Shown here piece by piece: positions 50,931-64,000 of a stretch of DNA of 64,000 nucleotides. The stretch is from Vicugna vicugna. Its lineage: Eukaryota. Each line of letters begins with the position of its first letter. Within the stretch, counting starts at the first letter, position 1. The position numbers were made by a program, and so were the translations under genes. The notes below the pieces were generated by a model. It had not been told where the DNA came from. It saw only the letters and a program-made list of their open reading frames with translations, and did not search any database. The stretch covers positions 1,621,303-1,685,302 of the forward strand of contig MU057640.1 in NCBI GenBank assembly GCA_013265495.1. Direction: 5' to 3'.

Positions 50931-53128
50931 AAGAGTTTTCTTCGTGTATCAGTTCTTAGGCATGTGGCTTGTTCACTCTTAAATCTCTACTGTCTAGCAT
51001 AATTCCTAATACAAGGAAAGCACTCAATAAATGAACAAAGTTTAACATCAAAGCAGAATTAGGGCTCCTGTCCTGATGGAGTGGCCAAATCGCTAGCTGA
51101 CTTTACCCAATCTTAGAAAAGGAAGAGCATCTTGCTAGTAAGAAGTCTCCTTGAGCTTTTTGAGCCATGAAGATCTAGGGCCCCAGGGTAGGGAGACCAC
51201 CCAGGTTTTAGGCACCAGTGTCAGCTACAGAGAATGAAGACCAGTCCCACTAGGCTTTGCATCATATGTTAAGGAGCTTGGGTTTTATTCTGTAGGCAAT
51301 CAGGAGCCATTGACGGATTTTTTCAGCAAGGCAGAGATATATTCAAATTTGCATTGAGGAGGTTATAGCACAATTAAAGCATGAGTTTTAGAAATGCATG
51401 GGTCGGAGAAGAGATCAGAACTGGAGTTATAAATGTGGAAGGCAGTACCTCATAGTTGCTGCTATTATCACATTAGAATAATATTTTAATTAAAAGCAGC
51501 CTCACAAATTTTCTTTCCCTTCTCCTAGGTATCTCCTGCAAAACATACTCCATTGACTGTTCATGCCATTCCTGGCTTTCTGGCGATTTTCTTGTGAACA
51601 CGGGCACAATAAAAAAATCCCAGCAGGACTGAAAGTCCTGGCTCATCCATCCCTTTAACCCTTTTCTATGTAGGCATCAGCACATCCGACTCCAAAAGTA
51701 AGTTTTTAAAGAAATCTTGTCTCCCATTTCTAATTGTTCTTATTCACCCCTCCAATAGTACTTCCTTTCAGGGAGCTCTTTGCACTGTGTAAGTCACTTG
51801 AATATTCTCCTAGGAGCTGGAAATTTTCTTCATCTAACCCTTTTCTCTTTATTCCTTTCATCAGATTTTCATGGTTGAGAATGTGTCCAGAAAAGAAGGT
51901 GGGGATGGAGGGAGGGGTGGTCTCTCCACTCCACTGTCTTTATTAAATCCCTAGAAATGAAAAGACTTCCTCATGACTTGGAAGTGGTGGGCTGAGGCCT
52001 CCTAGAACCATCTGGCTTGTTCCCTTGCCAGCTAGAGCCGAGGCGACATTCACAAGGACCCAGGAGCCGCAGGGGCGCATGAATTTGCAGCTGCTTCCCG
52101 GCATCCGAGGAGAGCGCAGTGAGATTCTGAAGGAGAAATCACACCTCGCGTGTTCCTGAGTGCGGGGAGCATATGTAACGAGGGTGTCCTTTCGTGGGCA
52201 TACCAAGGAACGCAGCTGGATTGTTAAAGTCACCCTAGCCTTATTTAAGAGCAAAGAGGAAAGAATAAATAATGCTGATGGTTCAGATATATTCAGGACC
52301 TTAAAACAGTTCAGCCCGGACCCTGAATTTTCCAAATTGCCTTTTAGAGATGAATCTTTTAAAATTCTCTTTCCATTTCATTTGTTCTTTTCATGGGGGG
52401 AGGGGAAAGTGATGAGTACGTTTACTCAGGTAGGAGAAATGGCCAAGGGCAATACATGTAATTTTTTATCTATCCTGGAGATACAAGAGAAAATATCCAG
52501 TAAAGTGGAGGAAGATCTAATAGGCTGTGGATTCTACTGTAGATTTCTGGACTCCAACTCAAGTCTAATGTTGCTTGATTTTCCTGGACTTCAATTTCTT
52601 TAAATGCAAAAGGAGAGGGCTAAGGACCCATCCCTTTAGACCGAACGTTTGTATGTTGATGAATTACCCTCTTTCAGGGGTTTAGCTGCTTCTGATCAGG
52701 AATCTTTTGTTTCTGAAAATGAAAAAGATTCCAGAAGTTCCCTCCATGCCCACTGGTTTGCGATGTTTGAAATATGGTCTCTAGTTTCCCCTGATGTCTC
52801 CTGCCCCTTACCATCACCCCCATGCCATAACCCCATCTCAGATATCAGGGGCAACCACAACTCACACTGGTAGGGTGGACGTTCGGGGTAGAGAACCCTG
52901 AGCAATTTCCACAGGCACCTCCTTTCACGGTGGCTCTGGTTGGCGCTGCCAAAGTGGCTCTTGAACACTGCTTGTGGTACTGCCAGCCCAAGCGAGCTGA
53001 ACTGCTCTAGCTGGCAGGGGACCTCTCAGGAGCACCGCTCCCAGCTTCTTCTACCTCTCAGAATACTCAGCTCCAGCTCCTAGGTCCCTCGGGCTCCTGG
53101 CTGATTATGCTTGCCTTGTTCCTTACTT

Positions 53129-53143
53129 CCTCTAGAGGGCAGC
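53129..53143 (+). promoter_or_regulatory. Candidate CTCF motif
   Basis: cctctagagggcagc matches CCASYAGRKGGCRSY at 14 of 15 positions. Confidence 0.45.
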
Positions 53144-53289
53144 ACAAATCACAATCCCTGCCAAGTAGCTGGGGACAACTTAAGGTGCAGGATTGACTTG
53201 TAGAATTCATTCAAATTCCCCTAACCCTGATGGATATTATGGGAGCAAGAATGAAAGTGTCCCACCCACTGGTCTTCACCTGAAGGCAG

Positions 53290-53482
53290 CTCAACATGGT
53301 GGAGCTGGAAAGATCTGACCTCAAGTCCCACCTCTATCTCTACCCTATCGTGGGCAGGGGGCTTTGAGATAAATTAATCTCTCTAAGCCTTGGTTTTCTT
53401 ACCTTTAAAACAGGAATAATAATAATGATTGATTTTAAAAACCACACATGGTGGTTTTGAGGATTAAATGAGATAATATATA
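53290..53482 (+). mobile_element. MIR SINE
   Basis: taatctctctaagccttggttttcttacctttaaaacagg..tgaggattaaatgagataata. Confidence 0.75.
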
Positions 53483-53652
53483 TTTTGTTAGACCCTGTGG
53501 GTGGGCTACCTAAAAGCCATTCACAAACCTCTTTTCCCTTGTTCCCCCCTTGTCTTTCCAGACTTTCTCAAAGCCTCCAGAACTAGCTTACACAAAGCAG
53601 GGACTTTATCCTGAAAACTCTGAGTTCCAAAAGATACCCAGGGGTAGAAATA

Positions 53653-53852
53653 AAGTTGACCCTGAACAACAGGGGTTTGAACTGCAGCGGTCCACTTATG
53701 CGTGAATACTACAGTATTACACAGTCCACAGCTGGTTGAATCAAAGGATATGAAGGGTGGAGAGACCAAGGGGCGACTGCAAATCATACTCGAATTTTCA
53801 GCTCCTCAGAGGGTCTGTGCCCTGAACCTCCGTCTTATTCAGGGATCACCTA
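53653..53852. mobile_element. TcMar-Tigger MITE (MER8/Tigger2-like)
   Basis: Left end agttgaccctgaacaacaggggtttgaactgc..ggtccacttat, degenerate right TIR ttattcagggatcaccta, TA flanks. Confidence 0.75.
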
Positions 53853-54829
53853 TACAGAGCCATCCAAACTCTCTCCATCACTCATGTGCTCCTATCTCTA
53901 CATCTGCCTCTATAGCTTTCTTCTCTCTTTCTGCAGATGGTTCCTCAACTCTTGCTCCACATAGGGAAAATACCTTCTGGGTTCATTCAAAATTCAGATA
54001 TCTCTGAAGCTCACAAAACACCTGGAGAGAAAAGGACTTGACTGACTCAGCTTTGGATCAGATGCCTGCCTCTAGACCAATCAGCTGTGACCAGGAGTCC
54101 GGAGCCATGTTGCACAAAATGGCATAGAGGAACCAAGACAAGGTTGTGGAGGTGGCAGTTCCCATAGAAGAGGCACTTCAGGTGACAATAAATGTGCAGG
54201 GTGGAAGAGTTTTATAATAAGTGGAAGTCTAGGTTCCAGCCCTTAAGGAGATTACGATGTCCTTGGGGGAGAAAACAGAAATATTAAGTCTTCAGTTTAA
54301 ATTGATTTTGATCCTGAGGAGGATAATGTAGGGAAAAACCCCAACACAGTCAATAGTGGAAGAGATCTTGTGCTCTTTGGGTCCAATCAATGAAACCCAA
54401 TGCAGTGGTGGGGGTGGCATGTAGGCCCCACCTTTCCTTCTGTCTTGGAAGACAAGAAGCAAAAGCACGTAACTCAAAGGAAGACTAGGCTAGGAGACAG
54501 GTCTTGTCAGAGAGGGGAACATCTAAGGTGAGATCTTTCTGCCCCAGGCAGGAATTAATGGAATTAGGCTGTGAAGGCAGATTTGCTCTACACATCAAAG
54601 GGGTTACAAAATAGGATAAGACAGGATTAAGTAGCATAATTTGAGTTTATGGAAAGGAGATTGGGAAATTGGGGATGGCTCCACAAAGCCAGTGGATCTT
54701 GGCCCATGCGGTGAAGAAGAGGAGGGGGTGGGACGTTCCTGGAGGGTGAAACAGTGAGCAAAGGAACCGAGGCAGGAGTGACCTTGGAATATTTGGGATG
54801 TGCAAGGGAGCGCAGAGCTGTGGGCCTTC

Positions 54830-54990
54830 AGCTATGGGATGCCCGGGGAAATCTCCCTGAGTTTTTGTTAAATGTAGACTCCCAGGCCTCCAGGTCAGAG
54901 GTTCTGATTTAGTTAGACTGAGTGGATCCTGGGACTGGACACATTTAGTAAGCGCCCTCGGAGGCTGCAGAGCTCAGTCTGCGACACATA
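54830..54990. mobile_element. MER5-like hAT fragment
   Basis: ttgttaaatgtagactcccaggcc..cagaggttctgatttagttag. Confidence 0.6.
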
Positions 54991-55574
54991 GCTATCTCCA
55001 CTGGCCCTGCCTATTAGGCAAAAGAAATGGCTTCTCCTTTGGAGGATGTACTTAAGAATATTCATTCAGTGACCAGAGCTAACTGCCAGCCCAGGAGAGC
55101 TGCTCTCAGCCAGTGCCCCGGCGGCCACTTCCTGAGGCTCCTTTGTGTGCCCAGACCCCAGAGGGACGACTTGGTCACTAGCTGGTCTGGCCTTCAGCTC
55201 ACACCCAGCTGGCCACGCAGCAGCAACAGTCTGGATGCTGACTTCCTCTTACACAAGGTTGTAGTTTCTGTGTCTCACTGGTTTGTTTACTGTCTTTCAT
55301 TACCTAACTACTGTTAATTTTTAACATAAACTTAACAATTGGCATTTATATCAGAGTAAAGAAGGGATTTGTTTATCTCAAATTTTTAAAAACAAGAGGT
55401 TGTTTGCTTCAAGAGTTTCTATCCAAACTTCTCGTGAGTTGGTGTTTATTAACCATACATTATTTCTTTTCTCTTTCTAAGCCACTTTTGAATCTCCTCT
55501 CCTGCAGTTCCACCCACGTAATTTCCATTAAGGTATCATTTTACAGCAAGAAAGCAGAGTTAAGAACAAGTTAA

Positions 55575-55800
55575 GGTGGGAGGGAATAGCTCAGTGGTAA
55601 AGTACGTGCTCAGTGTGCACAAGGTCCTGGGTTCCATCCCCAGTACCGCCATTATGTAAAGGAAAAAGTCTAATTACCTCCTCTCCCAATACATAAATAA
55701 ATAAATAGAAACTACCACTTTAAAAACTTAAATTAAAAAAATTTTTAAAGTTTGGAAAAAGAGAGACTAAACCAAAAAATATATATATTAAAAAAAAAAA
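55575..55800 (+). mobile_element. tRNA-derived SINE, camelid Vic-1-like, long A-rich tail
   Basis: gggagggaatagctcagtggtaaagtacgtgctcagtgtgcacaaggtcctgggttccatccccagtacc; homologous to the 21616 copy. Confidence 0.85.
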
Positions 55801-56554
55801 AGTCAAATCATTTGCAAGGTGTTGGGGCTGAAACGGAGGTTTCTTACTACCCAGCATGAGGGTTTTCTTATTAAGCCACTACCTTGTCAATGTTTTATTC
55901 TTGAGTTGTTCCCTTCAGTTGTTTTCAGAAAATTTTTAAATGCTCGTCTGATGTTTTCCAGTGGCTTGAACCAGAAATCCCAAGTACACACAGGATGATT
56001 AGATCCTCTTCCTTCTCTGCTTGAATTTCTCTTATTCCTTTTTTTTTTTTTTAATTTCTCTTATTCTTCATCCCATCCTCAGTCTGATTTCTCCAACCTG
56101 TTCTGGACCCACCATTAGGACGAGGAAGGAAAGTCACCTGCCTTCTGTCATTATGTTCATTCAGGCCGGTGGTTCTCACTCCGTCGTCACCATGAATAGT
56201 CAGGTGCCTCTAATTTCCATCTTATCCCACTCTATTGGAAATGTTATTTCTATTCAGTGATTAACTCTTACAATAATCAGAAGAAAAAACTATGACGACT
56301 CAGTCCTCTTGGGTTTCAAGTGCCAGACAGAATCCTGTTTGAAATTTCTGTGTCCTGAGGTTGGTCGTGTTCTCTGGTCTGCACTGCCCTGCGGCACATG
56401 AGATAAGAAACATTTATTGGTCATAACTAGCTGTAGTGAATGAGCCCAACTCTCCTCACATGTGTACCATCCAGCTCTAGATCTGTGGATAAAAACTAGA
56501 AATACACAATTTGATCTCTGGAGTGTTGAGTAATATATGTGGGGTCTCCATCAG

Positions 56555-56960
56555 GAATGTGTTCTGGTTACTTATTATTGTGTAACAAATTATCCTAAAA
56601 CTTCAAGGCTTAAAACCATCATATTTTTATATCCCACGATTTTGTGGGTCAGGGAATCCAGGTGAGTTGCGAGGGATACCCAGCTGGTAGTCTGGGTCTT
56701 CGCTCATGGGTCTGCACCTTGGTTGGGGGTGAGTGGAAGGCTGAACTTTGCTGGGATTGCCAACTGGCTTACCTGGAAGGGCTTCCGGGAAGAGCGTTCT
56801 GAGGGACAGGAGGTGGAAACCACCAGTCCCTGAAGGCCTGGGAATTGGCATGATGTCACTTCTGTCATTTTCTGTTGGCCAAGAAATTACATCACCTGCC
56901 TATGCAGTAAAACAGAGGAATAGTAAAGAGTACGTGGCCATCTTTAATTCATCATAGAAG
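56555..56960 (-). mobile_element. MaLR LTR (MLT1-type)
   Basis: tattgtgtaacaaattatcctaaaactt..gcttaaaac..cacgattttgtgggtcaggga. Confidence 0.75.
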
Positions 56961-59039
56961 TTATTCACCAAATGCTGGTGGAGCATGTAGTAAGGCCTAG
57001 GCCCAGTGTAAGACTGTGGGAAGATGGAGGGAAGTTAATGCACTCCCTGCCTACAGCCTGGAGAAGCTGATGCTTTGTACAGTTCCTACGCACAACCTCT
57101 CAGGAACTCTCCGAGACAATAAATCCATGAAACCACGAACACGTTTTAGAAGGAGGCAATTTAGAATGAAAAGGACAGAGAAATCCACTGTCTATTCATC
57201 TCCAGTTGCTCATACTTCTGATGTCTGTTTATCTAACAACTCCTGCTACACCAGGAAGTTGTGTTGTGGAGATGAAGCTTGAAGTGTAAGAGGGAAAAAT
57301 CAATGGCAGAGATAACTCCTTCAAGGAATCAATCTCGTGCATGCTTAGAAAAATTTGTAGCCCGAGCTCAGCGATAGTGGGGTAAATTCCAAATGGCTTC
57401 AGTTCTCATCTATAAAGCAAGCAGTCAGGCCAGTTATCACCATCGGCAAACCTGTCAATCACAAATCCGAGGAGGCTTACCCTGTAACAGTGTGTGAGGA
57501 TCACAGAGGAAAGGCAGCGCCATCATTCATCATCTTCTCCGGAGAAGAGGGAAGATAATGTCTCTAGTTCAGCAGCCTTCCAGGTAGGAGGTCACCTTGC
57601 CCTGAAGCAGTCTGTTAGGCTTGAAGCCACTTAGCTTAACAGACTGGTATGTCACAATTGGTTCAGGTCTGAGATTTCCAGCGAGAGTGGGAAAAGATGG
57701 TCACACTATAATAGGATATTGCATTCATGGAGCAAAAATATGGTTAAGATTCTGACCATGGGGAAATTGGGTTACATTCTGCTTTTCAGGGATGTTTCCT
57801 GAGGGACACAATGATCAAATCACTAACCCTGCATGCCAGGTTCTTTTGGGGCCTCTTGGCTCTGCTCACATTGCTCTCTTATCTGGAACACCTGGCTTGT
57901 ATTAGAAAAAGGAAAGGGAAACATGAGAAGGTGGCTGGGACCAGAGAAGAGACCCTAGCAGTGCAATTTTTTGGAAGACTCACATTCTCAATAGTGACAA
58001 ATGCTGTCGTTTAGAGAAGATCACTGAGGACTTGGGGAGGAAAAAGACCTCTTGCAGACTTTATAAGCTTTAGCTAAATACAAAAGTCAAAGAAGCAGAG
58101 TCTGGGATGGCAAAACAGCACGTGGAAGAAATGAATGTGGTTTTGGCCAGTGGCACCTACTCTAGAGCAGGTGTTGGCTGCCAATGAGCAGAGAACGGGA
58201 CCAGGATACACTTGGGAGGCCCCGAGGAGACTAGCCCAATCCCTGTGTCTATGGGTGTTTGAAGAATATTGGGAGAAGAGGCTGGCGACATAGGCATGGC
58301 CAAGTTAGCTTGAGTCCTCTGCTGAAGTCTTTGAAGCCAGTATTCCTCTTGTAGAAACTGAAATTTCTTTGTTTGGTTTGAAGAACTCTTGATAGATTCC
58401 TTTCTGAAGGCAGAATCCACATTTCACAGGAAAAAGCATAGCACCAGCATGCTTCATACATCTCTATTGTCATCACTGCTAAATACTGTTTACACACGGG
58501 ATCAAATGCCTGTTGATTCTTGGCACCTGTTCCTGTATCTCTGCCTTCTTGTTCATAGATGTTTCTTGGTTTAGACATGGTCTGCACTGTGTACTGCACA
58601 ATGACTTAAAAAATGTCATTGGGTGCGCTTAAATGAGCAGTTATCAAATAAGGGGTAAACTATTTCACAGGCTGTGTTTTTCTAAATCACATGATTGAAA
58701 CATTTCCGTTTACTCCAGGAAGATAAGCTTAGGAGAAGGAGGGGAAAATGACATGTATAAAGTGGTCTCCTGTAAATGAAAGTAATCCCCTGTCATCTCT
58801 CCCTTCCCGCCAGCATCCACTCTACCCATCACGTAAGGCCCACCTGATATCCAGCCTCCCCCGTGGTGTCCTCTCTAGCCTTTCCAGCCTAGCTGATTAT
58901 TTCCCTCCTGTATTTCCTCTTGCATGTCCATCATTATTGAATTCTCCCATTAATTTTCTGGAACTAAAGTAACAAACACTTGGAGAACAAGAAGTTAATC
59001 CTGTACAGTTTTTATATTGCTCAAGGTCCAGCTAATGAT

Positions 59040-59250
59040 AATAATCAAAGGCAACATTTATCGAGCACTTAACTGTGCCTAGAGAGTCACTTGCTATTTA
59101 ATTCTCGTAACTGTCCTTTGATGGCAGTGCTATCCTTACCCCCATTTTACAGGTGAGGAAATAGACTCCAGGTTATGTGGCCAGCAAACGATCAACTTAG
59201 GGTTTGAACTCAGGTATTCGGACTCCAGGGTCCACGTACTTAACTACTTC
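59040..59250 (-). mobile_element. MIR SINE
   Basis: aacatttatcgagcactta..ccccattttacaggtgaggaaa..gggtttgaactcagg. Confidence 0.8.
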
Positions 59251-59322
59251 TCAAAATAATACCAATAACATTTATTGAATATTTACTGTGTTCCACGCAT
59301 TAAGTTAAATGCATTACATGGA

Positions 59323-59883
59323 CTGCAGCAATATGGATGGGCCTAGAGAGTATCATACTGAGTGAAGTAAGTCAGACAGAGAAAGACAAATATCATATAT
59401 CACCAATATATGTAATCTTTAAAAAATGATACAAATGCTATTTACAAACCAAAAGCAGCCTCATGAACATAGATAAGAAACTACAGTTACCAAAGGGGAA
59501 AGGGCAGGGAGGAATAAATTAGAGGTGGGGGATTAACAGACACACACTACTGTATATAAAATAGATAAACAACAAGGACCTACTGTATAGCATAAGGAAC
59601 TGTATTCAATTTCTTATAATAACATATAATGGAAAAGAATCTGAAAAGAAAAAATAATATATGTATGTATATGTGTAACTGAGTCACTTTGCTGTACACC
59701 TGAAACTAACATTGTAAATCAGCTACACTAATAAAAAATTTAAAAAATTCAAGTCTACAGAAAGCTTGGAAGAGTAATAAATACCAATTAGAGTCACCAA
59801 TTATTAACACTTTGCTGCACTCTATGTATGAATATGTGTATATACAAATGTGTATAATTCATTTTCACATGTACTTCAAGAAA
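59323..59883 (+). mobile_element. Artiodactyl-type L1 3' end plus ~130 bp extra sequence, bounded by a 17-bp TSD, inserted in a MIR
   Basis: taaatgcattacatgga at 59306-59322 and 59884-59900; L1 A tail at ~59730-59747. Confidence 0.85.
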
Positions 59884-59989
59884 TAAATGCATTACATGGA
59901 TTATTTCACTTATTTTTCACATATATCTATGAGGTTGGTACAATTATTGTCTCCATTTTAAGGATGAGAATATTGAGAGGTAGTGAGGT

Positions 59990-60085
59990 TTTTTGTTTTT
60001 GTGAGAGCATTTAAGTTCTATTCTCTTAGCAAATTTCAATTATATAATACAGTGCTATCAACTATAGTCACCATGTTTTACCTTA
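59990..60085 (-). mobile_element. Short L1 (L1MA/MB-like) 3' terminus inside the same MIR
   Basis: gtgagagcatttaagttctattctcttagcaaatttcaa..aactatagtcaccatg. Confidence 0.75.
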
Positions 60086-60569
60086 GAGAGAAGAGTTTTA
60101 ACAGCTTTGTTAAGATCATATAGCTAGCAGGGGCTGGGACCCAGACTGGAACAAGCTATGACTGAATCTAGAGACCACTGCATTACTGCCTAGTACAATA
60201 AAGGTGATGTACATAGGAAGGCCTTCCACTTACCAACATCCTTGTTGCTAGAATTCTTATTTCTTTCATGACATGTTTTCCGAAGTCTCAACTGTCCTAG
60301 GCTAATCTTAGGTAATGTCCATCTTAAAACACGGCCTTCGGAACTAGAGCAAGTATCTCAGATGGTTTCTGATTGCACCATGTCCTAAGTCTGATCTCCC
60401 AAACAAAATTACAAAGTTCTTAAACTAGAATCAGTGCCATTCTCCCTTCCAGGGCCCTGAGTAGCAAGCACAGTGCACCATGTCTGTTCCCATCTTCTGC
60501 TATATGTATGCCCAGTTCCAGTCTCTGAATGTGACAGTGGTTAGGATTTCCATCGCTACAGTGAGAGGG

Positions 60570-60985
60570 GTATCAGTTAGGAATGCTTTCTGTTGTAAAT
60601 AAGAGAATGTCTATTAATGGTTTGAAGAAAGGGGGTTAAAATTTTTACATCACAGCCATCTGGACAAAAATGGCTGCTGGTATTAGTTTACTGGCTGAAT
60701 GATGGTGGGGCTGGCATCCCTACGATTCTCTTTACCTGTTCTTTCTGGTTATAAATTCCAGGCAAGTCAGGAAGATGGGCTGTGCCAGTTCTGTTCCTTT
60801 TAAAAGAAAAACAAAAGCTTTCCCAACAGCAAACTTCCCGTCTGTCTCATTGGTTACAACTGGGTCACATGGCCCTTACTGCTACAAAGGAGTTTAGGAA
60901 GCCAGGGAACAGGACTGCTCTGACTAGCTTAGACTTTTTATTATCCATTGCCTGGGGTTGGGCTCATTGCTGCTCAGGATAAGGA
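60570..60985 (-). mobile_element. MaLR LTR (MLT1J/K-like)
   Basis: tatcagttaggaatgctttctgttgtaaataagagaa; gtctcattggttacaactgggtcacatggcc. Confidence 0.7.
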
Positions 60986-62829
60986 AGAAGGAAGAGAAAG
61001 GTTCTGGATACCAGAGACACATATAAGAGTGTCTGCCATGATGGAGCATGAAGGTAATCTATGGTCCGATAGCCAATGTCTAATTTGCTTGGGGATGAAA
61101 TTAGTCTTTGGGCAGCAATATATGCATCCAGCTAGAGCCTTCCACCCTATCCTACTAGTATTCATTTGTTTCCCACTAGAACTGGAGTCCAGCTATGAAT
61201 AGAAGCCATGAACTCAGCTACTTCCTCCCAGTCTCTCTGTACCTCACACCAGTTATAACATCCGGCAATATGAACAGATGTCCCTGATCTTGGACTCAGA
61301 CTTGACCCCTAAGAACTAGTGCTGTTTGTTGCTCATGAAGGTCTGTATCATGCCCCATTTTATCTTTTCAAATCAGACTTCTTGATTTTGGACTTGAACT
61401 TGAACTGGGTTTTGATCTTGGCTGGCTTTAGCTCAAATCCTCTTCCTAGCTGGGAGCTCCCAGCATGCCTTGAAGCTCAAGCTACACCATTTACGACACA
61501 TAATAGATTACTAAATAAATTCATGTTGAATTGCTTTGAATATTTAAATTCCCAGGATGTCAACTGCTGTTACTAACAGCAATAGCCATCTGTCAGAAAT
61601 GCCATTAAGGAAATAACCCCATTCAGTGAAGATTCGTAGCAAGTTAACTTCAATGTATTAGGGCAAGATGGTCAAAGATAAATGAAGTTCCACTTTTAAA
61701 AAGGAAACTTTTGGAAGTTTCATACATTGAATAATGTCACAATAGACAGTGATAAAACAGGACAAATTTGAATACGGGGTGATTTTGTGCTGTATGGCCA
61801 GTCTACACTGAATATTGATGACTAAGCTTCCAGATTAAAGAAATAAAAGGAGAAAGGCAAAAAATTTATAGAATAATGGGGTAGCAAATACGGTAACATC
61901 ATGTATGACTCCTGATGCCTATATTTCAGGAAAAATGTCTCCTCTGAAGAGTGAAATTACTTTGTTTTACCCAGATAAGGAGGATTATTTAACCTACCAT
62001 ATTTCACTGTAGCTCAGAGCCAAGAATAATGCTTAACCACATTATCCTAGAATTCTGGTACCGGTGCAGCTGTGTCATTCTGCAAAGGTTTTGATTTTCT
62101 ATTGTTTTCTTTAATTGGTTTATCATATCTATATGTCCTATTGAAAGCTATCTCAAAGTCTTTTTTCAAAAGATAGGGTTTTTTGAGGTGGGGTGGGAGG
62201 GATGGCAGATCAAAGGGATTGAAGCTAATCAGGTCACGGTTTACAAATTTTTTGTGATCTACTTGTTATGAAATGTAGCATCTTAGAATAACTAGATATA
62301 GATAAATAGCATGTGAATTTCATACTATGTCAGTTGTGCGTTTAACATGGTCTGAAAGGACTAGAATGGCAATTACATCAAGGTTGAGCTGTCTGGTAAG
62401 AGCTTGTGCTACAGACATTGTGCCTGTGTTGCTAACTAGGGGAAATTTCATATGCTGTGGCTACTGAGTATGCATACATAAGCGAGGATAGTTGATTATG
62501 AAAGTTCAAAACTCCAACTTATTTTCTTGCTGTCCGGAGGGTCTCCTGATCTCTTAAGGCAGAGCCACAATTTTCCTTCAGGCAAATTTCAAGTAATTGA
62601 AAGAAAGCTTAACTGAAACCTCAGAGTACCATCTCCCGACTAGCCATGCCAACTCTGATTGATTTGGAATGACTGTGGATACTGTATGGAAAAGAGTTCT
62701 AAGATTTCTTCCAGACTCAATGGGAAGAATGCTCAGCTTCACTAATGATACCTGTCAGGGATGGCGGAGATGAGAGTGGAGTGGGAAATCATGGATCTAT
62801 ATGCCACTGGGCATGGTTAAACCATACAT

Positions 62830-62935
62830 CGCATGGTTAAACCATAAGTCTGAGATGGGGGCCAGGAATTTGCATTTCTAACAAGTTTCCAGTTGATGGT
62901 GCTGATTCAGGGAACCACTCTTGGAGAACCATTTC
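62830..62935. mobile_element. MER5A-like fragment
   Basis: ggggccaggaatttgcatttctaacaagtttcc..ggaaccactcttggagaacca. Confidence 0.7.
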
Positions 62936-63374
62936 TATAGGTTATAACAGAAATCACTTTAACCAGGACATTTGCTTCCAATTCTTTTAATCATAGAAAA
63001 GACTTGATCTACCACTCGAAGATTTTCTGATTCTAATTAACAAACATCTCCACAGAGTCACTTGGAGGGATTAACTGCCCTTTGTGTCTTGCAGAATTGT
63101 TGTCCTGGATGAGTTGTTTGCTAATGATCACTCAAACTTTAAGGAGATACTAGCACAAGATAGCAGTTTTGAATGTAGTCAAACTAATACAGAATAGTTC
63201 TCTCAGTGTTCATTAGATATCAGAAGGAGCTGCATAGTGAGCCCTCTCTTGGTTCATGGATCATGTAATCAGAACAGAATGGGACATCTGTCCTACTTGC
63301 TGAAATCTGAGAAAGCAGCATCCTGCTCATCTAACAGTTATTAACAGTCCTTAATAACTTAGACTGTGCCCAGC

Positions 63375-63570
63375 AGATTAGGTTTTTACATACTTCATCA
63401 TATTTAATATATTATCCCATTTTTAATCCTCATGTTAGCCATTCTCCAGATGAGAAAACAGAGGCTCAAAGAGGTTAAATAACTTTCCCAAGGTCACAGA
63501 AATACTAGGGGGTACAGCTGGGACTTGAATCCAGGCAGTCAGCCTCCACGGCTTATACCCTTCACTCCTA
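63375..63570 (-). mobile_element. MIR SINE
   Basis: cagatgagaaaacagaggctcaaagaggttaaataactttcccaaggtcacag..gggacttgaatccaggcagtc. Confidence 0.85.
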
Positions 63571-64000
63571 CAATCGACTGCAACCAAATTTAATCAGACC
63601 AGTGTTGGCTAAAGGGGCAAATGCAAAGACAACATCTGGTTTCATAACATTTGAGTTGGACGTCAGATATTCAAAGACTATTTCTCTCCACTCTGATTCT
63701 AGAAATGCTATTTTAATGCCACTTTGATTCACCTGGATCTTCATTGTTGTTATCTGGCAAGGCCACCCCAATGACACGTATGGGATGTGCTGCCCGAAAA
63801 GCTGCACATGCATCCTGCCATTGTCAAACACATCTCCTTTTAAACATGCCAAGGGACTTGGTTATTTAAAGGCATCTACCAGCAAGTACTCCTTGAAAAA
63901 TGAAAAATCTTCTTATAATGAAAAGAATCACCCCATGTTCTGATTTACAAGTCTAATTTTTTTTTAACACCAGATTTTTTTTTTCTTGGCAGGTGGGAGG

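Noticed and set aside
52064..52078. CTCF-like gccgcaggggcgc
   Set aside because: One base short in the AG-RKGG-C core; poor fit.
52160..52603. 147-aa ORF (and the 144-aa ORF at 34661-35095)
   Set aside because: Non-ATG starts, no recognisable domain and no supporting splice structure.
62811..62846. Short direct repeats (gcatggttaaaccata x2; similar ones at ~30972, ~50331, ~27370)
   Set aside because: Ordinary slippage-scale duplications with no sign of function.

Overview
This is mammalian genomic DNA, not prokaryotic. Two tRNA-derived SINEs resembling camelid Vic-1 and several artiodactyl-type L1 3' ends suggest a camelid (alpaca/camel/llama) source. I found no convincing protein-coding exon; the ORF track is explained by repeats, GC-rich sequence and chance. 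The main feature is a CpG-island promoter (~43450-45100) with a TCTCGCGAGA motif. It appears to drive a minus-strand gene with two short non-coding exons (from 44751 upward, and 44083-44142), followed by an apparently intronic stretch of about 44 kb that runs off the left edge. The gene is not confidently identified; SIPA1L1 is an unverified recollection. The rest is L1, L2, MIR, LTR and DNA-transposon remnants, whose family names and most boundaries are by-eye estimates. The most unusual structures are: (1) a 74/75-identical inverted repeat around a 747-bp spacer with an abutting 27-bp tandem duplication, ~0.9 kb upstream of the promoter; (2) an L1 insertion whose 17-bp target-site duplication (TSD) encloses ~130 bp of extra sequence, a candidate 3' transduction; (3) a 5'-inverted (twin-primed) L1; and (4) an intact ERV1-like solo LTR nested in an older LTR. 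I found no evidence for a new multi-gene system.
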